Shown: piece after piece, positions 13,426 through 27,400 of the stretch
How the letters are laid out: each line of letters starts with the position of its first letter
Numbering within the stretch: the stretch's first letter is position 1
Assembly (NCBI RefSeq): GCF_001194135.2
Contig: NC_068989.1
Span: 73,224,328-73,288,327 of the forward strand
Source of the DNA: Octopus bimaculoides
Lineage: Eukaryota
Length of the DNA stretch: 64,000 nucleotides
Reading direction: 5' to 3'
Notes under the pieces: model-generated
The model's database searches: none
Told to the model about the DNA's origin: nothing
The model's input: only the letters and a program-made list of their open reading frames with translations
Translations under genes and position numbers: made by a program

Positions 13426-16099
13426 TATGTATATATACATAATTACTCCGACATATTACCCATTCACCCAGAGGTGCTACACATATCATACATACAATTA
13501 CACACCACAGATAAATAATATACATTAACACAGATGTAAGCAGGCATGTGTCATCAAACTGCTACGTATGATGAATGAATGGGTGGGTACAGCAGAAAAA
13601 AAAGCAATGTTTGATAGTTTTTGAGGCAGCATGAAGACAGTCGATAACTTCGTGGCACAACAACAAGAGATCTGAATAAAGTTCTTTTTGGTAAGCAACA
13701 GCTTTTTGCTTACCTATTTGTCTAATTAAATTTTAACGTCGACTAACACCTAATGTGGTGTGTTTATCTAAAGTATCACATAGAAGACGAAGTTGGGAGA
13801 TAGTAAGGAAAATAGGGTGAATTTCTGGAATTCGCTGAAAAAGATCAACAAAGAAGTGAACGAACTGGTGATTCTATGGAAGAGGGCGGGGCGAAGTTTA
13901 ATTTTAAAAGCGTATTATATTCATTCTACACGTGTGCTGCTTTTAGCACCCACCAACTAGCTGCATAATTTAAGAAGTTCAAACTATATATATATAATTC
14001 AAGAATTCTTAACATTAGAAACGGAGTTGGGTGGCATTTCCAGCAGATCAAGCGATAATATAAATCTTTCTCGTTGGATCTTATAGGGTAGTTCGAAGAA
14101 TTCCAGCTAAGTTTCGTTACAATGTTCATCGTCTGAATATTTTTCAGTTTTCGATTCTCTCTATATACATGTATAACTGTATGTATAATTTATCTATCTA
14201 TCTATCTCTCTCTCTCTTTCTATATATATATATATATAGATATATATAGATATAGATATATATATATATATATGTTCGGTACCTCATCGTTCTGAGTTCA
14301 AATGACACACCAACTGTCCACGTTTTATCTATTTTCCTTCGACAAAGATACGACAGACACACCTTACGGCGATCGCACGATTTTTTGCTAGATGAAAAGA
14401 ATTACAATGAAATAGGTAGGTACTACAGGTAGAGATAAAGAATATATAAACTTCGTTATAGGAAAAATACCGACCTTGTCGTCGAGGCAACAGATATGTC
14501 GGTCTTTATTGACACTATTAAAACAAACGTCAACTTACTTGCCTACCACGGAATTTGTGTCGTTGTTTACATAAGGACAAACAACACTGATCGAGTAGAC
14601 CAAAATCGATCCAGAGCTAATAATCCAGTTTACTTTACATACATATGACAGACAGACAGATAGATAAATGATAGAGAGATATATAGAGAAAGAGAGAGAT
14701 AGATAGATAGAGAGAGAGATAGTGTAGACTACCCGAGTTAAACGCTTCACTTTCACTTTGGACAATGCAGACATAATAAAAGTGAAAGTGTAGAGTTAGA
14801 ATCGGTTCTCTCTACTTTTAAATCAGTAGGGTGTGGTAAGATGGAGATTTGGCTCCGATCTCAAACTAGTCGTGCGACCGCGTAGAGGTTCCTGCGTTGG
14901 CTGTTATACTGTTGAGTTAAGATCACGCATAAAGTATGGCGAAGAATAAAAAGTTCTGCACGTAATTTATAATATTTCAATGAACCGACACAGATATAGA
15001 AGACCAGTAGACAGAGCTCGTCTATCATCCGAGAGTTGTCAGGAAACGAACGGAGTTCTGAAATGTATGTTCTCCCACAAACGTCTTTCTTGTAACAAAT
15101 TAGTAATATATATATATTGTTTTTAAAGATTTTCATCAATAAGAACATTAAATTACTTCAATAAAGACCAAAAACAAAAATAATATTCGTTATACTATGT
15201 GAAATGCAACCTACGTTATCTTAAGATCAAACCAACTAACAATTTATATGGAATCTTTAACAGATGGAAGAACAAGACCAAAACACTAAAACGTTCACAC
15301 GCCGATTCTATAATCGTTTGAATGATAAAGAAGGAATGTCTAAATTTAGATCTGCTTCAGTGCAGCTGTTAGTTCAAGGTTTTCCGAGTTAAAATTGATG
15401 TATATTAAATGGGACACAAACCAAATATACACACACACAAGACGACCTCATATTTATAAAAATAGGAGGATTAAGTTAGAAGGCGTGCATACCTTTTCAC
15501 GCAATACAAGTGAAATGGTTTTTACGAGCAACTACAAGTACTCGTAATACTAACATTAAAAACAGATAAAACAATTAAACATCGAAGTAAATTAAAAACT
15601 TACATTACCTAGTTTGAAAATAAAATGCACGGTACAAACGTAGATCAAGTATTGAAAGACCGTGTGAGATTTTTTTAAATGTATATATTTCATATGGACT
15701 GTAGCTTCTTTTCGGCAGGTTTTAATAGAAACTGCACGGCTACTGATAGGCAACGATACACTTAACAGGTGTTTAAGAGTAATAGTATATAAAATCAGAA
15801 ACGAAACGAAACTATTCTAAAACAGAAAATGAATTCAAGAAATCTCAGTAAACATTTGTTTACTGAACATTTTGAAACCAGGAAGCATAAGGTAGGAGGT
15901 TTTTCTAGGAAAGGAATTGAAAGGAACCATAATTTTTATTTTTTAAAGTTCCGCTAAGCGTATTTTATCCATGTAACTGTAATGGTTTCGGACCGCAAGA
16001 AAACATGGGCCGAGTTTTGGAAGAAGTGAAGTAGGTGAGATCCAGTTTATTAAATGAAATCTTAAAAAAAAAAAAAAGTAACTGACAGACTAGGACAAG

Positions 16100-16139
<40 letters not shown>

Positions 16140-18303
16140 CATTGTGTACTTACGCCCTATAGGACTTAATAATTAACTACGTCTTTTTTTTTTTATTGTA
16201 GTCTGATAAATATAAACATTTTTTGAGTGGGTGTCTTCGAATTTTTGTTTTTGAATTTAACAGCTAAAAAACAAATAGATTAAACTTGAAAAAAAACTTA
16301 CTACAAACAAAGTATACTTTTGTTATTTTCAATCAATAAATGGAGGTGATAAAAGATTTAAAAAAAGTTTCACTGATCAGCTTTGCCACAGGAACGTAAT
16401 GTCATTTCTATAACCATGTACTGGCTACATGGTGAAGTGATGATAATATATGTGGGGACTTGAAATGCCAGTGATCTCCGGTTAAAGACCTGTTGGAAGG
16501 GTAGGGTCAATGCTTATACAACGGCACTAGTATTTGCGAGCTATTGCATCATGTAAGTTACTTTACATCGATGATAAAGTGGGAATGAAAACTAGTGAAA
16601 TGTGCAACCAGGGCAAGCCTTACTGTTCAAACAAAAGTAGTTCATGTAGAAATTATTACGACCCTTGTTCATAATTAAAAGGCGAGAGAGAGAGAGAGGA
16701 CGTGACATGTTTAAGGCCAGCCTTAAATTCTATAATGTCCATAGTTCATCGTTTTACCAAATTGTGTAGTTTCTCTTTGACAAGAGAACTATTGTTTTAA
16801 AGAGAGACGTCCATAGTATTTACACCGATCAAAAAACAACATGCGCAAATGCTGAAACGGCTTTGGCTGGGGATTGAAACCGTCTCTCGGGCTTTACTTG
16901 CCGGGTGCTTGACCTGTTGCTCTGTTGCATACATCCAGATTTGTGACTTCGACACAAAGGTCACAACTTTTGAAGGAGGGAACAGTCGAATAATATCCAT
17001 CCCTATTTGTCCTACTAATAATATTGTATATAGTCTTACAATGCAAACCTCTACATATAAGGGTGTTTAATGATTTAAGTTAATCTCGAACGTGGCAAGT
17101 ATTTATAATATAATCAACAGTCCTGTTGCGCGCAAATTACAAGGACTCCCTTCCCCTAATCTGACCCAATTACATAAAAAATAGATCACTTTACCTGATC
17201 TCACAAAAGTGTTAAGTTCAAAAAACGAGGATATCGGACTTATATTTTACCAATTATTTAACACCTGTATACACTTTAAGATAATTATTAAATTCTATAG
17301 TAAAATTATTTTATCATACTGCAGTGTGAATACCTGAGTGTAAGTCACTATAATAAACATCCAAGTAGACCGTACACTATATGCATAATAGCAACTGATA
17401 ACATGAAAAAATTGGAAACAATGACAAGTGAGTACTGTTTTAACTTGGGTTAACCAGCAATGATTCAGTAAGTAGGGTCGTCACTTTTTTAGAGCACTGT
17501 GGATTAGAATATCCTACGTGTTCTCTTTTTAAAACAATAAAGTGGGTCGAGAGAGAGAGAAAGAGAGAGACTGAGCTAAAATTTCTAACGCAGAAGTTAT
17601 TAGTACTGAGCACTGGATATCACAAACTTCCCGGTGTCAAATAAATAAATATAAAGCAGTAAGAGAGAGAATGATAAGGAAGCCTGGCAGGAAATAAAAT
17701 GTACTGATTCAGAGAAGATGCGAAAGAAAAAAAGCTTGTTTAGCAAAAACTTTCCTCTCACTACAATAGTTCGTTGTTGAAAATCGAGCAGATCTTACAA
17801 TTTAGGGCGTTCCGGCTGTAAGCAGCTCGTTTTGTTTTCTTCTTACGTGCAGGGAAACTAAGAAGCACATTAAGCAACGTTTTTTTGTTTTTTTTATTAC
17901 TTAGATGGCGTAGTGTGATATGAAGATCCGTTTAGGTAATTATTTCTAGCAGTTCGAGCGATCCGTACTGGTTCCCTGACGTGATAGCTGATAAGAGAGA
18001 CTGGTGAGCGTTCAGAACGAGAGAAATATTTATATAATAAACAGATGCATTATAGAGAGAGTATTTTGCTAATTTATTACGTTTGGCCGAACATGCCCTT
18101 CAGGCACATATCAGATTGTCTGGCGATCTTTCGTTTTGAGTCGAAGAATTGTTAATGATCTATCAGCTGTTAAAGTACAGCGTTCGGTAAATTCCGTAAA
18201 AAAAATGTTATTTGTTTTTGTGACTGGAAATGTACATTTCGTTTGATGTCAGCATAAAGTGAAAGAGAAAGAAAATGACAGGAACGTGTGTTGTGTGTGT
18301 ACA

Positions 18304-18354
<51 letters not shown>

Positions 18355-20697
18355 TGTATGTGTGTGAGGGGGAGAGAGAGAGTGACAGTGGACCAGGATG
18401 GTTACAGCTACAAAGTCTTTGATTGTTTGGCCTGCTTCATTTATCAGAGTTGACTTGTGGCTTAACAACCATTATTCACATTACCACAGTCAATGAATAA
18501 AGTGTGATGACATCAAGGAATAGATATAGAAAAGGGAATCGAGTGGAGGGGAGCTCCAAATCCGAATCACACATCTTTCACTATACTGTACATTATAATG
18601 TCAATGAAATACAGAAAAAAAAAAAAAAAACTATTTTGTGGGGTGCAAAGCCTGAAATTTATAGGGGAGGGGACTAGTCGATTACATCGACTCTAGTATT
18701 CAACTGGTAATTATTTCATCGATTTCGAAAGGATGTAAGGGCAAAATCGATCTCAGCAGAATTTGAATTCAGAACGTAAAGCAGAGACAAGTGTCACTCA
18801 GCATTTTGTCCGGCGTGCTATCGATCCTGCTAGCACGTCACCTCAATAACAAGAGTAAATAATAATAAATAATCCTTCCTATTATATGCACAAGGCTTGA
18901 AATTTTGGGAGATTGGTCTAATCGATTACATCGTCTCCAGTGTACATACTTTTTTTTCTTTATGGAACTTGAAAATAATAAAATTGTCTGCTTCAGAAAT
19001 TACCCTCTTTTCATAGGCTGATGTGGCGGTGGGGATAGGCCGGCATCAATAACTGAAAAAACGAATGCCACGTACCCGCCACGTATTCTATTTACATATA
19101 CACGTAACCCCCAAATAATCCATAATTTTATGAACATTTCGGTGAAAAATACATCGATAAGATTAATAGTGGCGTACCCTGTAAAGTACGTGTGTGTGTG
19201 TGTGTGTGTGTGTATACACACACACTTTTCACGGAAATCAAGTTTTACGCCACACACACACGCGTCTGAATGAATATACGTGTATGCGAGCAGTACAAAC
19301 ATACCCAGCTTGCATATTTAAACGACATATTCGACGTTTGTAGACAGATTCTACTCTCACATCTTAAAAAGGAAAAACTCAAGGAATAACGTAACCATAG
19401 ATATTTCCCAAAAGAAGGCTATGCAAGTAGCTGCTTTCACAAGCACACTAGTAGTAGACAGAAGGCTTCATTCACAAAGGCAACATAATCTAGTTCATTA
19501 TTATTTATTTTGCTCGACCAAAATGCTATGTAGACTACAAATTAGTTGTACTTCGTAAGGATATTTCTTACCTACGTATATGTAACTTTATCTAATGCAA
19601 GTGTAGACGGGAAAAAAAAAAAAAAGAAATCACAATTTTTTTCACCCTAGAGCCAACTCATTCCATTCTCGTATACAATTTATAAAAGGAATATTAAATC
19701 GACCCTCGTATTTGACTGTCATTTCGTTTTTATCGACCTCGAAAGGATGAATAACGAAGTTGAAGTTGACCTCGGTGAGAGACGAAGAGGAAACAAGTAT
19801 TTTGTTTCGACGCTCAACAGTCTTGGCATTCCACTGGACTGTCATGAAAATGAGGAAATAAGATAAAACGTGATCAACTGTTCGTTACTGCATGACTAAA
19901 TATTTTGTCTATATCCTCTGAATTCATCCAATAACTTGAACACTAAATGAAAAGTCGAACAAGGTTGCTTTTGTATAGAATACATATATAATTATGCTAC
20001 GTTTTCTGTACTTCAATGCTTTAAGTTCAAATATCATTCGCAGAGTCAGCTTCGTCTCTAGGTGTTCCGGGATCAAGATACATAAATACTCATTTTACGA
20101 TTTAATCGACTAAACCCTTTTCTCTGCAAAGAATCAATAAAAATGAAAAAGGAAGTAGGCGCTACGTTGGGTGAGGAGAAACAAATGGTATATAGACAGA
20201 CACATTTCTGAAATCAAATTCGTTGATTTTCTTTCATCACCTAGAAAACAGCCTCGCCGAGATATAAAACGATAACGAATAATATTGATACTAATAACAA
20301 TAATGATATTGATGATGACTGTGATAGAAACATGAATTGATAAGTAGACGTTCTTAACTACAAACTTTTTATAAAAGTACAGCAAACAGAAGAAATATGC
20401 TGAGGTATTCAACTTCTTTTTTGTTTGTTACACCTCCTCCCTGTTTCTTGAGAATGTGTCTCGTTTAAGTCATTTGTTAGCAACGAAACGAGTAATAAAG
20501 TGTTTTGTCGTTGTAGGTTTTTTCTAAGAAAAAGAAAAAACGAAAAGATGAGAAAATGACCGTTAATTTCGGGGAACAGAAAGGCCTTTCACTGACCGAT
20601 TTTGACACATTTAAAGCGAAGTCCCGCTACATAACATATATAATGTATGTATATATATATATATTAAAGAAAAAAATTTAATAGCTTTAAGGCTTAC

Positions 20698-20830
20698 CCC
20701 TCAGATTAAGATATCCAGTTGTCCCTGGCAAATGCAAAAAAAAGGCAGGGTCACAATGGATGGGGCAGTGAGAAAGGATCACTAAAGACACGGGCCGCCG
20801 CTGCCGATGGGTCTTGCTTGGAGGTCAGAG
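20698..20830 (-). other. Candidate non-coding first exon of a divergent minus-strand transcript
   Basis: GC-rich block ending in a consensus donor (ctgaggg|gtaagc); no ATG within it; begins next to the ETS site. Confidence 0.4.
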
Positions 20831-20955
20831 TAAACGGAAGTGACCGGTGATCCACGTTGCATAGCCTCGCTATCATTTAAATAAACCTAGTTACTACGCA
20901 TGCGTCAACAAGCATGTGTCCCGCGATTGAAATGTTCCGGACTTGGAAACAATTG
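20698..20955. promoter_or_regulatory. Putative bidirectional CpG-rich promoter (PUSL1 on +, unknown transcript on -)
   Basis: Locally GC/CpG-rich. ETS-type CGGAAGTG at 20835-20842, NRF1-like palindrome ACGCATGCGT at 20896-20905, second ETS-like TTCCGG near 20935. Minus-strand donor ggg|gtaag at 20698/20697. About 300-400 bp upstream of the PUSL1 ATG. Confidence 0.6.
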
Positions 20956-21151
20956 TAATTAAACAACAAATTATCTTTTTGTTCGTCATGAAAATCGGAG
21001 AATAACGATTAATTTATCAATTAAAAAAAAAATAACAATTTTTTATAAAAATTGTCCTCGAACGCTAAATGTTTGATTTTTTTTTTTAAATATGTAAAGA
21101 AATCTCCAGAGTAAAAAAATTTCAAATCTACTTTATACAGGTTACCTTGAG

Positions 21152-21184
21152 ATGATGTTGTTCCCTGTCATTTTAAGACGATAA
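21152..21184 (+). promoter_or_regulatory. uORF (MMLFPVILRR*) in putative PUSL1 5' UTR
   Basis: ATGATG...TAA in frame with, and 69 nt upstream of, the main ATG, downstream of a likely acceptor ctttatacag| at 21140. Confidence 0.45.
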
Positions 21185-21253
21185 CCGTTACACAATTAGG
21201 TGTAATTATAATTAAACAAGAAAGCAAGTGAAAAGAAAAAAATAACTCTTGAA

Positions 21254-21300
21254 ATGGGACGCTTTTTAATATTCGTATCGTATATTGGAACAAACTACAG
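21254..21300 (+). CDS. PUSL1: PUSL1 coding exon 1 (MGRFLIFVSYIGTNY+ag)
   Basis: ATG at 21254 with an in-frame TAA upstream (21182-21184); donor ag|gtaata. Resembles the TruA N-terminal R-Y-x-x-x-x-x-Y-x-G-T motif. Confidence 0.88.
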
Positions 21301-21393
21301 GTAATAAAAACCATTTTCACGTAATCGATTTCTTAGATCTCTTTCAACGCACCAGTTTTCCTTTCAATTCTAAATAAATCCTGTATACTATCA

Positions 21394-21436
<43 letters not shown>

Positions 21437-24400
21437 GTATATATAACTAGATTCAAGGTTGTGTTTTGCAAGGGTACTGTCGAATGAAGTTACTTTACAA
21501 AATTCTACTGGTGTTTTATCTTCCCGAATGGGCGAAAAGCATCACTCGAGTCTGGTTTATTTAGAATATATATTTAGAGAGAGGAGAGGCAGGGGACATT
21601 TATCTATTACATTAATCTCAGTATTATTCGCTTTAATTATCTGTTGCACACATCCTTGCTGAGTGTTTTGTATCAAGGGAGACAATAACATCTTGACTTT
21701 TAAATTCATAATTCGAAGAACACGCATGAAATCAAAACTCCATTTGTAATGTTGCGACTATATATGTATGTGTGTGTGTGTGTGTGTATAGTGGTTTTCT
21801 GGCACGAAGCAAAGCAGGCCTTGCCTTTCACTATAAAAAAAAAAAACACATAGTAAATGATCCATAAGCATTCGAGCAAACTGAGTCCTCAACTTGTTCC
21901 TTTTGCCAAAAGGTTTGCAAGGCACCAGCAGAAATTAAGAGACACATTAGTGACCATAGAACATGATTAACGCTTTATTTTACTGATCCCTCATTCAGGG
22001 TCGATCCTAGGGTTGCTGGCGCCCCGGGAAAGCTGAACTTCGGCGTGTACAAGCGGACGGTCGTGGTGTCTTTGTCACACCCTCCGTGGCGACCTGGGCG
22101 ACTGCCCCAGTCGCCGGCCCTGCTCTCATTTGTCGTTCACGATAAGCGAAACCATCATCATCATAATCACACACACACACACACACACACAGATATATAT
22201 GTCTGTCACTGCATTTATATATGTTTGTCTCTGCTTGGGGCTAATTGCTAGACTGTTTCCCACTTGTTTGCAACCCTAGTCGTCGTAATGGTTAATTTTG
22301 ATGCAAGAGGATAGAAGAGTAAGCAAACTGAGGATTAAGCGATCAGACAGCATGACGAAAGGAATGGCATTAGACTTTACACACATCCTCCTCATTATAA
22401 CACACCACAATCTCACCTGTTGTGCATAACCTTATGGTTACCAACACTTTTCCATCAAAAACTACCAGATCCAAATATTGACATCTTTCCTCATGGTCAT
22501 GCAGGTAAATTACAAAGATGTTCTGCTTACCTGTGCAATAAGGTGAAGCTGAATGTTGGACAGCCACATTATATTGACAAAGGTGAGGTTGGGTTATATA
22601 TGCACTCTTTTAGACACTCAAAAGCACCAGAAATCAGGTGTTAACTTGGCTCTGCACCCCCATCCTCCGTTTTTCAATAGATGTCAAAACTAAAAGTTTC
22701 AGAAGGACTCATTACCTTAAGTGCTGAGAAACCATAGGATGAAAAACAAAATATTATCAAGAGTTATTCGGTGAGAGCTCCATCACATTCCTGAATAACA
22801 TACAAGGCTGACAGAAAAACACTGGACATTCACTTGTAAAAAAACCCAAAATGGTCAAGGTCTTCAGAGCAGGGCTTAATCCACTCCTTGCATTCTGAAA
22901 AGTGATTGGTGAATTGCAAAAACTCAGGAAAATCTGATTTATGCAGGCTTGTATGGCATACATGATACTGATGATGCAACAAAGACTATGTGGCACAAGG
23001 AATTGTTGTATGGCAGTAGTTGGCACATTTCTGTTCAAAGACCTGTCAGTGATAGAGGAGCACAGAGGGGAACACTTCAACCTTTTGCTAAAGCAGTGTA
23101 TCTAGTAATCATTGAAGGATTTTAGAAAATGCCCATCATCCACTATCTTGACTAATTACTGATTGGTATGCTGCCATCAGAACTCTGAAAAAGCAGTAAA
23201 TCTCCATGTTTCTAATATCATCCTAACACTGGTCTTAAATGCTCTAGTGTACCTGGAATGCTAGCTGCCAGAGCTCAATCAGCAGCGTACTGCTGAGCTC
23301 AGTGATCTGCTTAGATCTTAGCTTAGTGGTGGTGACACAATGAGCTTCTTTCAGTTTCCATCCACCAAATCCACTCATAGTGCTTTAATCAGCCCAGGGC
23401 TATAGTAGAAACAATTGCCCAAGGTGCCACACAGTAGAACTGAACCTGAGACCACATGGTTGTGAAGTAAGCTTCTTAAACTACACAGCCAGATATACAC
23501 ATATATAAATATGTCTTCAATTTCTTTTGTGTATAATATTATATATCCATTTTATCTCTTTCTCTTCCTGAAAATGTCCTGCTTTTCATCCATGTACCAA
23601 AATATATTTACATGTTCAGCACTTTTTATCCCTAATCTATGATATTTAGGCTTTTCCAACATTAGCTCTTTGTGCTTAATCATTCAGTGAGGTTAGTTCT
23701 GTTTGTATGTAAGGTTTTGAGAGAGCTTTCTTTTATGTAGGTATAGGTTTGTTTACTTACACACCTCACTGATTAATGAAATGGTTGAAGTTAGATGACT
23801 GATCAGATTAATGTTCGTTAAGTAAAGGTAACAAGTGTCTATTTTCTTTCCATCACTTAATCAAATGGGTAAAGGTAGTACCCAGGACATTTTCAGACCT
23901 TCTGAGACTGATCGGAGGAAATTTTATTGAAAGTTATGGGGAAACAAAGTCAGTGGGCACAATTTTATAGCTATGCCATCATCATCAATATCAGCAGCAT
24001 CACTACCCCACTGCCACCACTATTACCATTGCTACTATCATCACAACCACCACCATCACCACCACCTCCTCTGGCTAGAGACATGGCCAGGTGGTGGTGT
24101 TAAACTGAATGAAGGATTAGTCTACTATCCAGGCTAGGATATTGTGTTTTTTTTCCCTTTTATGCAAACTGTCAAATTAAGCTTGTATATCTTGTATATT
24201 ATCTATAAAAAATATATCTTTCTAAAGAATTCAAATTTTATTTTATTCTCTTTACTTACACAGTGGTATCCAAAAACAACTTCTGAATCAGGGCTTAAAA
24301 GTTTTGACTATTCAGGAACAGCTAGAGGTAAGGTTTTATATATATATATATGTATATATACTGAACTGGTATTATCATTACTCACCAACTCACTCAAACT

Positions 24401-27400
24401 CTTGCTGATAGACATAGTGTCATTACATCATCATTATTATCATAATTTAACATCTGTTTTCCATGCTGGCATGGGTTGGACGGTTTGACTGAAGCTGGTA
24501 TGGCCAAGGGTCACAACAGGCTCCATTGGCTGTTTTATGGCTGGATGCTCTTCCTAACGCCAACCAGTCTATAGAGTGTACTAGATGCTTTTAACATGAC
24601 ACCGGCACAAGTGCTTTTTACATGGTACCAGCACCGATTTCAATTTTGCTGTGGTGGACAGGTCTTCTTGAGTACAGCTGTATGACACATATCTCAGTCA
24701 TTTGACATATTCTTCGTTAAGGCTCAGTATCTTGAGATTGGACTTCAACACTTTGACCCTTGTCTTCAGGGGTCTCCTCCCAGTTTAACTGATAAGCACT
24801 TATGTTTACAACTATTTATATATACTTACTCTGTAAGTTTTGCCATTTTAATACATCCTTCATTGAGGAGTTTTTGGTTTTCACCCATTGTCTTTGAACA
24901 CAAGATCCATTATCATCATCATCATCATCATCGTTTAACATCTGCTTTCCATGCTGGCATGAGTTGGACAATTTGACTGAGGACTGGTGAACCAGATGGC
25001 TGCCGTCTGATCTGGCAGAGTTTCAGCTGGATGCCCTTCCTAATGCCAACCACTCCGAGAGTGCAGTGGGTGCTTTTACATACCACCGGCACGAGGGCCA
25101 GTCAGGCTGTACTGGCAACGGCCACGCTCAAATGGTGTTTTTTATGTGCCCCCTGCACTGGAGCCAGTCTAGTGGCACTGGTAACGGCCTCACTCGAATA
25201 TATTTTTTCATGTGCCACCAGTACCAGTGAGGCGATGCTAGTAACAATCACGCTCGAATGGTGCTCTTTACATGCCACTGGCACAGAAGCCAGTCAGCTG
25301 CTCTGGTAATGATCACGCTCGGACGGTGCTCTTAGTACTCCACTAGCACAGATGTCAGTCATCAAATTTGATTTCGATTTCACTTGCCTCAACAGGTCTT
25401 CGCAAGCAGAGTTTAGTGTTCAATGAAGGAAAGGTACGCATAAGTGGGCATAGGCCACAGGTTAAGGTCTCACTTGGCTTGCCGGGTCTTCTCAAGGACA
25501 GCATATTTCCAAAGGTCTCGGTCACTAGTCATTGCCTCGGTGAGGCCTAATGTTCAAAGGTCGTGCTTCACCACTTCATCCCAGGTCTTCCTGGGTCTAC
25601 CTCTTCCACAGGTTCCCTCAACCGCTAGGGTGTAGCACTTTCTCATACAGCTATCCTCATCCATTCTTGTCACATGACCATACCAGCGCAGTTGTCTCTC
25701 TTGCACACCACATCTGATGCTTCTTAGGTCCAACTTTTCTCTCAAGGTACTTACACTCTGTCGAGTACGCACACTGACATTGCACATCCATCGGAGCATA
25801 CTGGCTTCATTCCTTGCAAGCTTACGCATGTCCTCAGCAGTCACAGCCCATGTTTCACTACCATGTAGCATGGCTGTTCGTACACATGCGTCATACAGTC
25901 TGCCTTTTACTCTGAGCGAGAGGCCCTTTGTCACCAGCAGAGGTAAGAGCTCTCTGAACTTTGCCCAGGCTATTCTTATTGTAGCAGCTACACTTTCAGC
26001 GCACCCTCCCCCTCTACTGACTTGGTCACCTAGATAACGGAAGCTATCAACTACTTCTAGTTTTTCTCCCTGGTATGTGGCAGAAGTTGTTCTCTGCACA
26101 TTTTCTGTGTTTATTGCTCCTGAGCATCTGCCACATACAAAAACTATCTTCCTAGTTAGCCTTCCTTTGATATTGCTACACCTCTTATGTGTCCATAGCT
26201 TACACTGGGTACATCTTATAGAGTTTCTACCTACACCTTTTCTACAGATCGAGCAGGACCATCTACCTGAAGGGGTTTGTGGTTTGTCTGCCTTCCTACT
26301 TATTAGGACTTTGGTTTTAGCTAGGTTGACTCTAATTCAACTGAACTTAGAACCATGTGGTTGGAAAGCAAGCTTCTTACCACACAGCCCTGCCTGTGCC
26401 TATGGATTTCCACTTAGAGCTCACCTTAGGATTACCTGGATCTCTAGTTTGTATACTAGTGATGATATAAAATCTTTTATATCATCACCATCTTCATCAT
26501 CATTTCGTGTCCGTTTTCCATGCTGGCATGGGTTAGATGGTTTGTCTGGAACTGGTAAGCCAGAGAGCTGTACCAGGCTCTTGTCTGATTTGGCTTAGTT
26601 TCTACAGCTGGATGCCCTTCCTAATGCCAACCACTCCAAGAGTATAGTAGGTACCTCCTATGTATCACTGGCACGGGTGCCTTTTACACGTTATCAGTAC
26701 AACTGACTTTAAAATGTCCCTGGCGCTGGCCATGACTATGATTTCATTTTGCTTGACATGTCTTCTCGAGCACAGCAAATTGCCAAAATTCTCCATTATT
26801 TGTCATCACCTCTATGAGACCCATTATCTGAAGATCATGCTTCACCATCTCATCCCATGTCTTCCTGGATCTACCTCTTCCATAGGTTCTCTCAACAGTT
26901 AGAAATTGGTACTTCTTTCCGCGGCTGTCCTAATCCATATGCATTACATAACCATACCAGCACAGATACCTCTCTTGCATACCACCTCTGATACCTCTTA
27001 TGCCCAATTTTTCTCTCAAGACATTTGCACTCTGTCATACATGCACACTGACATTGCACATCCAGTGAAGTATACTAGCTTCATTTCTGTCAAGCCTTCG
27101 CATGTCTTCTGCAGTCACAGCCCATGCATCACTGCCATGTAGCTTGCTGTTCACACACAGGCATCATCCAATCTGCCTTTCACTCTGAGGGAGAGACCTT
27201 TTATTACCAACAAAGGTAAAAGCTCTCTGAACTTTTCCCATCCTATTCTTATTCTATATATATATATGAAATTTGATGAATGGAAACTGAGTTGAAGCTA
27301 ATTTTGTGTATGAGTATATTATATGTAATAATTTTATTGTCAGTGTCTTTAATGCTGTTCAGTATATGCTATATATCTGTGTGCAAGAGAGTACAATTGT

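Noticed and set aside
19790-19850. ctgttga...cgaaac on the minus strand
   Set aside because: No consistent stem I/II/III geometry.
22757-23200. 107-aa minus-strand ORF, possibly a decayed LINE RT
   Set aside because: Motif similarity too weak to call.
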